From contig OZ024747.1 in NCBI GenBank assembly GCA_964016885.1, forward strand, positions 92,752,001-92,816,000: a DNA stretch of 64,000 nt, written 5' to 3'. The notes under the pieces were generated by a model that saw only the letters and a program-made list of their open reading frames with translations, did no database searches and was not told the DNA's origin. Positions 49,777 through 61,800 of the stretch are shown here, in pieces (position 1 is the stretch's first letter; every line of letters starts with the position of its first letter). The DNA is from Eledone cirrhosa (taxonomy: Eukaryota). Position numbers and translations under genes: made by a program.

Positions 49777-49987
49777 TTAAACCTTTAGCATTTACATTAC
49801 TATTGTATTTTTATGGTAAAAGCTTTATCTCACATAATATCAAATCTACAAGATTTCGATGATGTTATTACTTATTTTGAGAACAATACCTTAACATTGA
49901 TATAAGCAACCAGTTATGGCCAGTTTAAACAGAAAGAGGTGAGATAATCCTGGCTGGATATGGATGGTTTCAATGCTAAAGAGTTAA
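49777..49987. mobile_element. piggyBac-type MITE
   Basis: TTAA at both ends, family match. Confidence 0.8.
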
Positions 49988-49999
49988 GGTATATTTATT

Positions 50000-50552
50000 G
50001 TGTGAAGTCGTGTGGCTGATTGGTTAGAGAATTACATTTGCAATCGTGAGGTTGTGAGTTCGATTCCCAGACGGGGCAATGTGTTCTCCTTCTGCAAGAC
50101 ACTTTATTTCATGTTGTTCCTTCTGCCTGGATTTGTAACAGGTAGATAGTATTAGCCATTGGAAAGACCATTGGAAACATTGTTTCCTTGGTCCGATTTG
50201 ACAAGCTCCACCCAACTCGGTAAGCAAATGAGGTCTGGGATTTTGTCAATTGATCAGAGAGAGATAGTTTATAGTTGAAGATTTAAGATGTATTTATTGT
50301 GTGAAGTCACGTGGCAGAGTGGTTAGAGAATTGGATTTGCAATTATGAGGTTGTGAGTTTGATTCTCAGACCAGGCGATGTGTTATGTCCTTAAACAAGA
50401 CACTTTATTTCACGTTGCTCCTTCTGCCTGGATTTGAGACAGATATATAGTATTAGCAATAGGAAAGACCAATGGAAATATTGTTTCCTTGGTCCGATTT
50501 GACAAGCTCCACCCCACTTGGTAAGCGAATGAGGTCTGGGATCTTGTCAATC
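50000..50552 (+). mobile_element. Two tandem SINE family 2 copies (~300-bp units)
   Basis: GTGGC..TGGTTAGAG, GAGTT(C/T)GATTC, CAAGACACTTTATTTCA; diverged pair also at ~46450-46870. Confidence 0.75.
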
Positions 50553-50749
50553 AACTGTTATTTATTGTAAATATTCCTACTGTTGTTATTGTTGTTTTTA
50601 ATTAGAAGCCTTAGCGTTATCTCCATTATGTTTATCTGAAAATATAGTCTGTCTTCTAGCATCAGGATAATCTTTATTGTTGTTTTGATGTAATACTGAA
50701 AATAAAACCCTGCTTTTTAATCCATTTAAATCCCATAGATAGCTATGTA

Positions 50750-51393
50750 AGTATATGTTTGTGTGTGTCTTTGTGTGTGTATGTTTTTGTATATGTGTAT
50801 GTATGTATGTGTTTGTGTGTATTTGTATGTATGTGTGTTTGTTTGTGTATATGTGTGTATATGTGTGTATGTGCATGTGTTTGTGTGTGTATGTGTGTAT
50901 ATGTGAGTGCGTGTTTAGGTGTGTGTGTATATGTGTATGTGCATGTGCATGTGTATACGTGCATGTGTATACATGCTTGTGTGTATGTGTTTGTGTGTGC
51001 GTTATGTGTGTGTATGTGTGTATATATATGTGTGTATGTGTGTGTGTGTCTGTATGTGTATATATATGTGTGTGTGTGTGTTTGTATGTTTTTGTATATG
51101 TGTATGTATGTATGTGTTTGTGTGTGTTTGTATGTATGTATGTGTGTTTGTGTGTGTTTGTTTGTGTATATGTGCATGTGTTTGTGTGTGTATGTGTGTA
51201 TATGTGAGTGCATGTTTAGGTGTGTGTGTATGTGTATGTGCATGTGTATACGTGCATGTGTATACATGCTTGTGTGTATGTGTTTGTGTGTGCTTTATGT
51301 GTGTGTATGTGTGTATATATATGTGTTTTGGGTTTGTGTGTCTGTATGTGTATATATGTGTGTGTGTGTGTGTCTGTGTGTGTGTGTGTGTGT
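50750..51393. repeat. Degenerate (TG)n array with ~300-bp internal duplication
   Basis: GTGAGTG..TGTTTAGG and GTATACGTGCATG blocks occur twice. Confidence 0.9.
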
Positions 51394-51650
51394 TACTAAT
51401 AAAGTGTAACATGTTCAAACAAGTTAAGGACTGGTGTACCGGAATGCCGTATTTAAAATACTTTTACTTCAATGAAATGAAATTTCCTTCTTAATTGGAG
51501 AAAGAATACCAAAAACTGGTAATAGCTGTTAATGAATTCTCAAAGAAAATGAAAGATAATTTTAAAACACTACGGATTAATCTCTAATTTCCATACCTGA
51601 TAACAAAGATTAGATTTTCCTTCCTCTTAGTATCAGACATTATTTCTTGA

Positions 51651-52040
51651 TTGGCGGTGAATTGGCAGTATCGGTAGAGGGTTGGACGCCATGCTTTCTA
51701 GCATAGTTACGTCCCTTTACAGTCTGAGTTCAAATCCCGCCGAGGTTAACTTTGCCTTTCATCCTTACGAGGTCGATAAAATAAAGTACCAGTAATGTAC
51801 TGGGTAATTGCTGGCCTTGTGCCGAAAGTAGAAACAATTATTTCTTAATTTCGCGGTGGATTGGCAGTATCGGTAGAGGGTCGGACGCCATGCTTTGCAG
51901 CATAGAGTTACAGCCCTTTATGATCTGAGTTCAAATCCCACCAAGGTTAACTTTGCCTTTCATCCTTATGGGGTCGATAAAATAAAGTACCAGTAATGCA
52001 CTGGGATAATCTGGCCTCGTGCCAAAAGTAGAAACAATTG
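51651..52040 (+). mobile_element. Two tandem full SINE family 1 copies
   Basis: 51651-51840 and ~51853-52040; ATT(A/G)TTTCTT repeated at all three junctions. Confidence 0.9.
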
Positions 52041-52413
52041 TTTCTTAATTTCTTGAAATAGTCTCGCCTTTTTCTATGAGTCACTAACCATTACCATGCA
52101 AATTTGTTGTTATTTTTTCTTCCAACTAACAGTGGTTAGAGAATTGGATTTTCAAAAGTAATAAAAGACCGATAAGTTTCAAAAAGCTGGTACAATTCAG
52201 TATAAATATATAAAGGGCAAAGGATGAGAAATAAAACAAATCAAAATAATGTTTTACCCAATATATTTCAGAGCTACTACCCTCTTTTCAAATGTGGAGA
52301 AGTGTCATCCTTTACCATTTTTATATTTCTACCATATAGCACTGGCTTTTTGAAACATATCAGTCTTTTATCTCACAAGGCTTTGTATTAACTATACTAT
52401 AACCAGAAGTATT

Positions 52414-52641
52414 TTAACCCTTTAGCATTTAAACCAGCCATATCTGGCCAGAATAGCCTCACCTCTTTCTTTTGAAACTGACAATAACCGGCCACTCATA
52501 TTGATGTTATGGTATTGTTCTCAAAATAAATAATATCAAAATTTGATAGATCCGATATTACAAGAGATATTATGTGAGATAAAACCTTTATCATAAAAAT
52601 ACAATAGTATATATAGAGTAATGTAAATGCTAAAGGGTCAA
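52414..52641. mobile_element. piggyBac-type MITE
   Basis: TTAACCCTTTAGCATTTA..TAAATGCTAAAGGGTCAA. Confidence 0.82.
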
Positions 52642-53043
52642 GGCCACTTTTCCTGCAGTTCTTAAATACTTCCCAATTAATTCATGTATGTTTATTTTGG
52701 TCAAAATACGACTAGTGAAATTATTTCAATAAATCAAATACAGGAACACCATCAATTTTCTGGCACCGTTGGTTCCAGAACCATGTTAGATTTTCAATTT
52801 TTCCAGACTATATAAATAATTCACTAGACACATATTACAAAGTTGTAAAAACTCTCCTTACCCCATAACTATAATAAAATGAATATGACATGCTCAAAAT
52901 TAAATCTTATGCCAAGTGTAAATTAACTAGTTGTGGGCTGCAGTCATTAAAAATTCAAACATCTACCCATAATTATATACAGCTAAAAAGGGGTACCCAG
53001 TGTAAGATATAGGACAAATGAGTCCCTGTGCTAGTTAAGTTAT

Positions 53044-53876
53044 GAGGTGAGATAATCCTGGCTGGATATGGATGGTTTCAATGCTAAAGAGTTAAGGTAT
53101 ATTTATTGTGTGAAGTCGTGTGGCTGATTGGTTAGAGAATTACATTTGCAATCGTGAGGTTGTGAGTTCGATTCCCAGACGGGGCAATGTGTTCTCCTTC
53201 TGCAAGACACTTTATTTCATGTTGTTCCTTCTGCCTGGATTTGTAACAGGTAGATAGTATTAGCCATTGGAAAGACCATTGGAAACATTGTTTCCTTGGT
53301 CCGATTTGACAAGCTCCACCCAACTCGGTAAGCAAATGAGGTCTGGGATTTTGTCAATTGATCAGAGAGAGATAGTTTATAGTTGAAGATTTAAGATGTA
53401 TTTATTGTGTGAAGTCACGTGGCAGAGTGGTTAGAGAATTGGATTTGCAATTATGAGGTTGTGAGTTTGATTCTCAGACCAGGCGATGTGTTATGTCCTT
53501 AAACAAGACACTTTATTTCACGTTGCTCCTTCTGCCTGGATTTGAGACAGATATATAGTATTAGCAATAGGAAAGACCAATGGAAATATTGTTTCCTTGG
53601 TCCGATTTGACAAGCTCCACCCCACTTGGTAAGCGAATGAGGTCTGGGATCTTGTCAATCAACTGTTATTTATTGTAAATATTCCTACTGTTGTTATTGT
53701 TGTTTTTAATTAGAAGCCTTAGCGTTATCTCCATTATGTTTATCTGAAAATATAGTCTGTCTTCTAGCATCAGGATAATCTTTATTGTTGTTTTGATGTA
53801 ATACTGAAAATAAAACCCTGCTTTTTAATCCATTTAAATCCCATAGATAGCTATGTAAGTATATGTTTGTGTGTGT
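53044..53876 (+). repeat. Apparently identical copy of 49936-50768
   Basis: Constant offset 3108; identical 67-aa ORFs at 50024 and 53132. Confidence 0.93.
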
Positions 53877-54885
53877 GTGTTTTTATATATGTGTATGTAT
53901 GGGACCTGAAGTGAATGTATAAGTGTATGTATATGTGTGTACTTGGGCCCTGAAGGAGGCAAAAAATGTTTTTGGCAGGAAGATGACCCCTCCTGGCCTA
54001 TGGGGCCCTGTGCTTAAGCTCACCTAAGCACAATGGTAAAACCAGCACTAGAGGTACCAGACCATCAGTTTTGGGGAAAACTGACGTGTACCTATACCAG
54101 AAAAACTCTATATGCAAAAATAGTTAATTTTGCAAAATTTTAAGTTAATAAGTCAACTTAATTTTCATTACATATACTTTTTTATTTTAATAATTTACAT
54201 TTACTTTTAATGTTTCACCTTTAGACATTTTATAAATTGATCTAACACATGAGGCTGGGATGGGTATGTAGAATGATAAAATAAATTAGACATACTTGAT
54301 TGTTATAGATGCTAAAAACTATAATGCTTAATTGGAAGAACAGTTTAAGTTTTAGAAGTAATTTGATATGTATTTTCACTAATGTTCTTGTGAAATTAGT
54401 TCCTAGAAATGTCACGAAAATTCCATAGAAATGTGGAGATTCTAAAATGTCCATTATCATTGCAATATTCAATATGTGAGCCAATTTAAATTTGCTTACC
54501 AATTATCTCTTCACAAATCTTAAGTTATAAATAAAAAATGCATACAATACATAGTGAAGTTGACATCTTAATCAGTTTAACAAATCTATTATGAAAAAAT
54601 ATTAAGAAAGAAATCACAAAATCAAAACGTTTTATTTTTCAATATAATCAGTTTATTTCAATATAAATTTTTAAAATAATCATGTGAAATGTAATCCATT
54701 TAAACTTATTAGTTGTTTACAATTAGAAAGAAAAGTAATTGAAAGACTATTCAGAAGTGAAATCAGTCTTTCATCATTTTTTTTCTCTTCTGCTAATTTT
54801 ATGTCTGATTTAGAGATGGAACACTATTTAAGAGGTCACAGTGATTATATAACTGCAAATATATGTCTTTTTATCACTGACATTA

Positions 54886-55080
54886 CAGACCTGTCAACTC
54901 TCTCCATCCGATGGGGAGATCTCCCACCCACTTTGGGGTAGGTTAGATATGTATTCCCTTGTGAAAATTGGTATAGCTTTCATTATGTAAAGACTCCCCA
55001 TTTTGCCTCATTTCTCCCCGTTTGGGGGCACTTTATTTCATGGTACTCACCATTTGGGTTTTGAGAGGTTGGCAGGTCTG
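54886..55080. mobile_element. Short TIR element (family of 32189-32362)
   Basis: CAGACCTGTCAAC / GTTGGCAGGTCTG. Confidence 0.72.
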
Positions 55081-55253
55081 ACAACTTCAGCAATAGAAGT
55101 GTTAACACACTGGACATGTACAAACAATCTAGACCTAAAAGGTCAAAAGTAGATATGCTCACATAAAGATGAATTTATATGTTTTATTATGAGGAAAGCT
55201 GAACTGGTGATGATTCATTCAGTCCATGCTGGTATGGAAAGTGGTCGTAAAAA

Positions 55254-55385
55254 TGATGATGATGTGATGATGATGACAACCGTGATGACAATGATGATGA
55301 GTAGTACTAGTAGTAGTAGTAGTAGTAGCAGCAGCAGCAGCAGCAGCAGCAGTGGCGGCGGCAGCAGCAGCAGCAGTGGCGGCGG

Positions 55386-55436
<51 letters not shown>

Positions 55437-55445
55437 TAGTAGTAT
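55254..55445. repeat. (GAT)/(AGT)/(AGC) compound array
   Basis: Directly visible; preceded by an RTE-like terminus GGTCGTAAAAATGATG. Confidence 0.92.
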
Positions 55446-55844
55446 TAGCTATCAGGCCTGATAACATTCCTTGTATAAGTTGTCAAAGCCTTCTCAAACC
55501 AGTTTGTAAGGGATTTTCAGTTTGTTTAACTAATTATTGTTGATGAGCCATTGTTCAAGCCTAATCAAATAGACCTACATTTAAAGGTGGTCCAGCCATG
55601 ACTATCCCAACTTTTCCTGTAAGACAGTGTATACAGAGTCACATTATCCAATGTACCCTTACTTTTTAAGATAGGAGGATGTAGTTTTAGAGGCTTATTT
55701 CTTCTAAGCTCTTTCAAACCTAAAGCTAATGTCATAAAGCCAGTTGCTAGACTCTGAATAACTCAACCATTTGATTGCACTCACACTTATCATAAAGATT
55801 TAGGCACAAGGCATGAAGATGATGGTGATGATGATGATTATTAT

Positions 55845-56043
55845 TGGATTAGCAGTATCGGTAAAGTGTTGGACGCCATGCTTTGTAACATAGAGTTACG
55901 CCCCTTTGTGATCTGAGTTAAAATCCCACCGAGGTTATCTTTGCCTTTCATCCTTATGGGGTCGATAAAATAAAGTACCACTAATATACTGGGGTAATTG
56001 CTGGCCTTGTGCCAAAAGTAGAAACAATTATTATTATTATTAT
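55845..56043 (+). mobile_element. SINE family 1 with (TTA)n tail
   Basis: Sequence match. Confidence 0.88.
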
Positions 56044-56045
56044 AA

Positions 56046-56613
56046 TTCGCGTGTAGAATGAATCCGGCTATCAGCTGAGTCCATCGTGAGGATTGCCCCA
56101 CCCTCTTCCTTTAGCCAGGAAGGGCAGGCAATTTTTATCTGTCTGGTGGCCATGGCAAAAGAGATAGTATGGTGGACACATTTGAAAGGGCTGAAGACGA
56201 GCACTTACCTCTTCGGTGATGCCCTGATTAACTTTTTCAAATTTCATTTGAAAAGGAAAATCAGGGTAGAGAGGGAGGTGCTCTTTTGTTGAAAGATGGG
56301 TGAGAGAGGCAAGAATGGCCCGAGTGAATGGACCTACTCTGAGTATGTGTCTGTAAATTGAAGGTGGAAAACTGGGAGAGGACAATTGCCCTGGTGGTCA
56401 GGGTCACCATGGCTTTTTAATGGGCTTTCTCCACGATGGCCCTCGGAAGTCTCCCCCTTATTGGGGAATTTTTTCATTGTTCTATTATTACATCCTCTGT
56501 TTTTTGTTTTTTACATGCAGAAATGCCCTTTTGTACCGTCTTGTATTGTCCTGTACTGTCCTTAATGTCTACTTTGTGTAAACCCTTGTGGTTAATAAGA
56601 GAAGCATTATTAT
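56046..56613 (+). mobile_element. 5'-truncated Tx1-like LINE copy
   Basis: Matches 61992-62570; starts at the SINE tail, ends GAAGCATTATTATT. Confidence 0.92.
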
Positions 56614-56760
56614 TTTGTTTAAAACTTGAACCAAATTGTTGATAAAGACACCCTCCTCCTCGTGAAAGGGATCTTTCTGTCCGTTATTTGGCCCTTCGGG
56701 GTTAAATAACCAGTTATTGGGGTTTTGTACCCAAAATTTCATTTTAAACAAAAAAACAAC

Positions 56761-58857
56761 ATGGCTACGAAAAAGAAATTTCATACGTCACTCTCACTCA
56801 TTCCGTCTTCTTCTTCCTCAATCATCACTACAGCAGAGAGAAGATTGTCTCTCTCCCTCCCTTCTTTAAATGTGTCTCTCTCCCTCCCTTCTCTTTCGCA
56901 AGTGACGAAAGAAAAGAAAAGTCTCGTGCAAAGCGTGCAAGGTTTCTCCACGACGACGACGACAGCGACGAAACAGGTGTGCGGGAAATACGAAAACCCA
57001 GTTCATTCGTCTGACGTCAGGAATAATAGCAGTAGCAGCCGTAATAACAACAGCAACAGTGACAATGAAAACAACAGTAGCAGCCGCAACAGCATCACCA
57101 GCAGCATAAACAACAACAGCATTAACAGCAGCAACACCAACAACAACCACAGCAACAGCGGCGGAGGCAGTAGTCGTAGTACCTGCAGCAACAACAAAAG
57201 TACCAGCAGCTCTGACGACAACAACAACAGCAGAGAAAAACCAATCTCATTTGCAGGTATTGCGAAAAACTTGGAAACAATCCTCATAACAAATGAGGAA
57301 TTAGAGGAAGCGAAGAAGATGGTGACAAAGAACGGACACCGAGCAATCTGCAAGGCAGCGGAAAAATTTTTCGAAACCCAAGAGCACTGTACGGTCACGT
57401 ACCGTACAGTAAGTACAAAATCCCGTAGGGTGGAAAGAGCCACAGAGGCCCAAATACAAAAAGCCTTGGGGTCTGTGTGGCAGCGGAAAACGCACATCAC
57501 CCGAGGCAAAAAATATGCCACCGTAGACGTACTTTTTGCCACACCCCAGGAGGCAAAGGCCCAATCAGTAGTGACCCTAAGGAGCGAGGAAATGGTGTTG
57601 GTGCCCTCCTACTGCGGGCAAAAAATTGTGAGGGTCAAACTGACCCACGTCCCCCCCGGAATGACCCCTTCTTGGCTGGCCGCGTCTGTCCTCGTCGGAA
57701 TCGAGGACAAAACAACTGTACTGCAAGTACAGAAAAAAGTAAGAGAAGATTGGGTCGGCTCCTCCATTGAGATGCTAATCCAAACCAACCAGGAGTGCAT
57801 CGAAGCTATCCCGGATGTGATAGACTTCGATAACGGCACTCAACTGCCCATAAGTGTTGAGGGCAAACGCCCGAAATGCTTTCGCTGTGGATCGAAGACT
57901 CACCTCAGGGCCTTCTGCAACGAGAAGACCCTGAGAAAGGAGAAAACCCCCCTCCTTCCGAATCCGGCTCCACGGCTACCAGCAACAGGACAAGCGGCAA
58001 CCAGGAACGATAGGCCCGTGGCACCCATACCCACTCCACGGAAATCAAAAACAGCAGCAGCAGTGGAAATATTAACAACAACAACAGCAATACCAAATGC
58101 AGCTGCAACAGAGACTCCAGTGCAAACATCACCAACAACAACAAGTGAAAGAGTGGAGCTGGTACCCCTCCCCGACCTCACAGAATCAGACATGGAATGT
58201 GAGGTGGGAGAGGGATGGCAAAAGGTCGTAAGAAGGCACAAACGCAGAAGCAGCGCATCGTCGCCTTTGAAAAGGGAGGAAAGAAATGAGAAAAGGGTAA
58301 AGTCTACTGCAAAGAGACCCACAGCAGCAACAACACCAACACCATCACCACCCACACTAGCACCACCATCACCACCGGCGACAACCCCACCGCCAACAAC
58401 ACCTTCAACACCACCACCACAAGCACCAACATCGCAAACACAACAACAAAACACACACACCCAGCAACAACGACAAGAAAATAGCAGAACCACACCCCAC
58501 CCCCAGAAAAACAAATGCACGGCAATAAATACACACAACAAGAAACTAATGACTTACATAATTGAACACACAGACATTTCACAACAGGACTACATAATAC
58601 CAGCACCAATCAAAACGCCAACTAACATAAGACTGCTAAAAATAGCACAGAAACAATACACAAACATTAAAACGAAATTCCCCAACGCAGTTGGTGATTT
58701 CAGGGACCTAGGAGGAACCATCAATCGAAGAGTATACTCAGACATTCTCTTAGAAGAGCCGACGACCAGCCGAAGGGACGATTCAACGGTCCCTTCACCA
58801 GACGATCAAGTGAAAAGGGATGTAAAAACCATCCCTCCTCTACCAAAAGTACGGTAA
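56761..58857 (+). CDS. LINE ORF1 (gag-like, one CCHC zinc knuckle, low-complexity N/S and P/T regions)
   Basis: First ATG at 56761 (ORF track starts at an upstream TTG); CFRCGSKTHLRAFC; GWQKVVRR motif. Confidence 0.85.
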   Translation: MATKKKFHTSLSLIPSSSSSIITTAERRLSLSLPSLNVSLSLPSLSQVTKEKKSLVQSVQGFSTTTTTATKQVCGKYENPVHSSDVRNNSSSSRNNNSNSDNENNSSSRNSITSSINNNSINSSNTNNNHSNSGGGSSRSTCSNNKSTSSSDDNNNSREKPISFAGIAKNLETILITNEELEEAKKMVTKNGHRAICKAAEKFFETQEHCTVTYRTVSTKSRRVERATEAQIQKALGSVWQRKTHITRGKKYATVDVLFATPQEAKAQSVVTLRSEEMVLVPSYCGQKIVRVKLTHVPPGMTPSWLAASVLVGIEDKTTVLQVQKKVREDWVGSSIEMLIQTNQECIEAIPDVIDFDNGTQLPISVEGKRPKCFRCGSKTHLRAFCNEKTLRKEKTPLLPNPAPRLPATGQAATRNDRPVAPIPTPRKSKTAAAVEILTTTTAIPNAAATETPVQTSPTTTSERVELVPLPDLTESDMECEVGEGWQKVVRRHKRRSSASSPLKREERNEKRVKSTAKRPTAATTPTPSPPTLAPPSPPATTPPPTTPSTPPPQAPTSQTQQQNTHTQQQRQENSRTTPHPQKNKCTAINTHNKKLMTYIIEHTDISQQDYIIPAPIKTPTNIRLLKIAQKQYTNIKTKFPNAVGDFRDLGGTINRRVYSDILLEEPTTSRRDDSTVPSPDDQVKRDVKTIPPLPKVR

Positions 58858-58892
58858 GTGGTCTTTCCCATCTTTTCCACTCTATTTTAAAC

Positions 58893-61800
58893 ATGACCTC
58901 ACTCAGAATAGGCAGCATAAATGCGCGTGGCTTGGGGTCGTCATGGAAGCAGGGTCACCTGCTCAACGACCTCAGGTCACTAAACATAGATGTAATGGCC
59001 ATCAGCGAGACCAGAATCTCCGAAGCACGGGCCTTCGCACCGATCTTCGGCGGCTACGATGTGTACGCATCTCCCAGCCGTCCTGGATCCGGTGGAGGAG
59101 TTGCTGTGCTTTTTCGGAGAGGTTTGGATCTCGCCATACGGGCCATCTTCCTGGACCCAGAGGGTAAGCTGGTGGTGCTGGACGTGACCAGCGGAGACGG
59201 GCAAGCTTTCAGGCTAGTGGCCGTCTATGCCCCGACAGGAGCAGGGCGGCCTGATTTCTTCCGGCGTCTGGAGACCTTTCTTGGAACGTCCCGCTCTTTA
59301 GTGTTAGTGGGCGACTGGAACGGGATCTTAGATGCACGCTGGGACTGTGTGGGATTAGCGGATAGGGGTGGAGGGTGCAAGAGCCTCACCAACCTGCTCA
59401 GGCGTTTTGAACTGTCTGACAGGTACCGATTGGATTTCCCGAATGTGCCAATGTGGACTTGGACAAACCGCATAGGGTCATCCAGATCATATCTAGATAG
59501 AGTATTTTGTAGGGAAATAGATAGGTCTAGCATAGGCTGTCCACAATTCAAGATAGTCAGCTACACGGACCACAAATTCGTGATCTGTGTGCTTGACTTA
59601 GATAGGCTTCATAGACGAGGACCCGGCTACTGGAAGCTAAACGCATCCTTACCAGCGCGCAAGGCCTACAGAGACCAGATTAGCGAACTAGTTAAGCGGG
59701 CGTTGACGGGGGCCATCGTCAACAACAAGTGGTGGTTTGCTCTGAAAAGAGCGATTAGAATAGAATCGATTAGGTTTAGTAAGGCTTTAGCAATAGAGAA
59801 AAATAGAGCAGAGGGAGAACTAGTTAGAAAATTAGACGAGGCGCTTAGCAAAGGCATTGCGACCGACGTGCTTGCGGCGAAATTGGCCCTTGACCAATTC
59901 TTCAATGCAAAGCACGAAGGCTGCGTTGTCAGAGCAAGGGTGCGTGCTCTCAGACACGAGGGGACGAAAGCCGTTCAATGGGCCCGAGTGGCGGAGGCGC
60001 GTCGTGGCAACAAAGCCACGATCCGGTCTTTGGTGGACCACGACGGGCGCATGCTACTCGATCCCGGGCAAATGTGTGAAGCTTTTCAGCGACACTTCGC
60101 TCAGCTGTTCGGGGGCAGCGGTGGGCCGGGTAGAGGGATGGACTTTAGTGTCTACCTCGACGGACTGCCGCGGCTCTCGGCCACTGAGGCGAAGTGTTGC
60201 GAAAAGCCGATAACAGCCGCTGAAGTAAGGGAGGCAATGACTGGCTGCACAAGGGGTAAATCGCCTGGTTTGGATGGTCTGCCCTATGAACTTTACGTAC
60301 AGATGCCAGACTTGTTCGGAGGCCTCTTGGCGGACGTCTACTGCAACTGGCAACAGAACGGGAGAATTCCCAGTTCTGTGAGCCGAGGAGCGGTGGCACT
60401 GCTGAGAAAGGATCCGAACAAGGGGGATAACATAGACAATTTCCAGCCCATAACTCTGCTAAACACAGAGTTCAAGATTTTGGCCAAGGTGCTAGCAAAG
60501 AGGTTGGCGCTTGTCGTTGGTGGTCTGGTGGGAGAGGCACAGACATGCGCCATTCCCGACAGATCCATCCACGACAACCTCCACCTCATGCGATACATCA
60601 TAGAGAGGGTAGCTAAGGAACCTGGCACGGGTGGGTCCTTGATCAATTTAGATCAGTCGAAAGCATTCGATAGGGTCGACCATCGTTACCTAGCGGCAGT
60701 CCTGAGGGCGGCTGGCTTTGGGCCCGTCTTCAGAGGCTGGATCGCTGCCATGCACAGCGACATCTGCTCTGTGGTGAGAGTGAACGGTCACCTGTCGGAA
60801 CCGTTCAACATCATGCGCTCGGTCCGCCAAGGATGTCCCCTCTCGTCCCTCTTGTACGTATTGACTCTCGAGCCATTACTGCACAAACTGGAGACGTTGA
60901 GGGGAGTCCCGCGCGAACTAGGATGCGGAAGATCCGTGTCAGCATATGCGGACGATGTCACCGTAGTGGTGTCGAACGCCAAACACATCGAGGCGATCGG
61001 CACTACACTAAGAGAATACGAAGCGGTGACAGGAGCAATGATCAACCAGGAAAAGTCAGTGGGCCTGCAGCTCGGCACCTGGAGAGGCAGGTCCATGCCG
61101 TCCAACAGCGTCGTCGGACGCTGGACGGACGGACCGGTTAAATTGCTAGGGGTCTGGTTCGGTCCGGACTTCCAGACGGACAAAAACTGGGACGAGGTGA
61201 CGAGCAGGGTGGCTTCTCTCACCCAGAAATGGGCGGAGAGGAAGCTATCCCTGAAAGGTCGAGCGGAGGTGGCTAACGCGTACATCGCGTCTGTCATCTG
61301 CTACCGCCTGACCGTCGTACCTTGCCCTAAGCCTCGCCTGACTGCGCTGGAGCGTTTGCTCTTTCGCTTTTTGTGGAAGGGACGTGCTCCGATGGTCAGG
61401 CGGTCCATCTGTTGTCAACACCCGCTACGTGGAGGGCTGGGCATGCCGTGGCTGATGATGCGCAGGCACACGCTCAGGCTACGACATCTCCACCTCTTCC
61501 TCGACGGTGATCAGGTGTGGTCGCCGTTTGCTAGGCGCGTATTTCCCCAGCTCGTTTCCTTGACGGAGCTGCAGTCCTGGGTCAAGCGAAGACCGAGAGT
61601 GAGCGCCTGGAGACTGGAATGTCTTCAGGCGCTCACAGCCCTCGACCAATCGGGCAATGTGATCGGTGGAAACTCCACCTCGGCGTTCTATAGAGGATTA
61701 GTGGAGGGTAAGAGCGACGACGTACTTGGGGAAACTCTAGGCGTCGACGAAAATCAACTAGCCAATCTCTTCGGAAGAACTTTCGGGCCGGGGCCTATGG

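Noticed and set aside
47485-51494. Many long ORFs on both strands (CVYM and HTYI repeats)
   Set aside because: Translations of TG/TATG microsatellite arrays
56725-56760. ORF1 start given by the ORF track
   Set aside because: TTG start; the first ATG is at 56761 in AACATGG context
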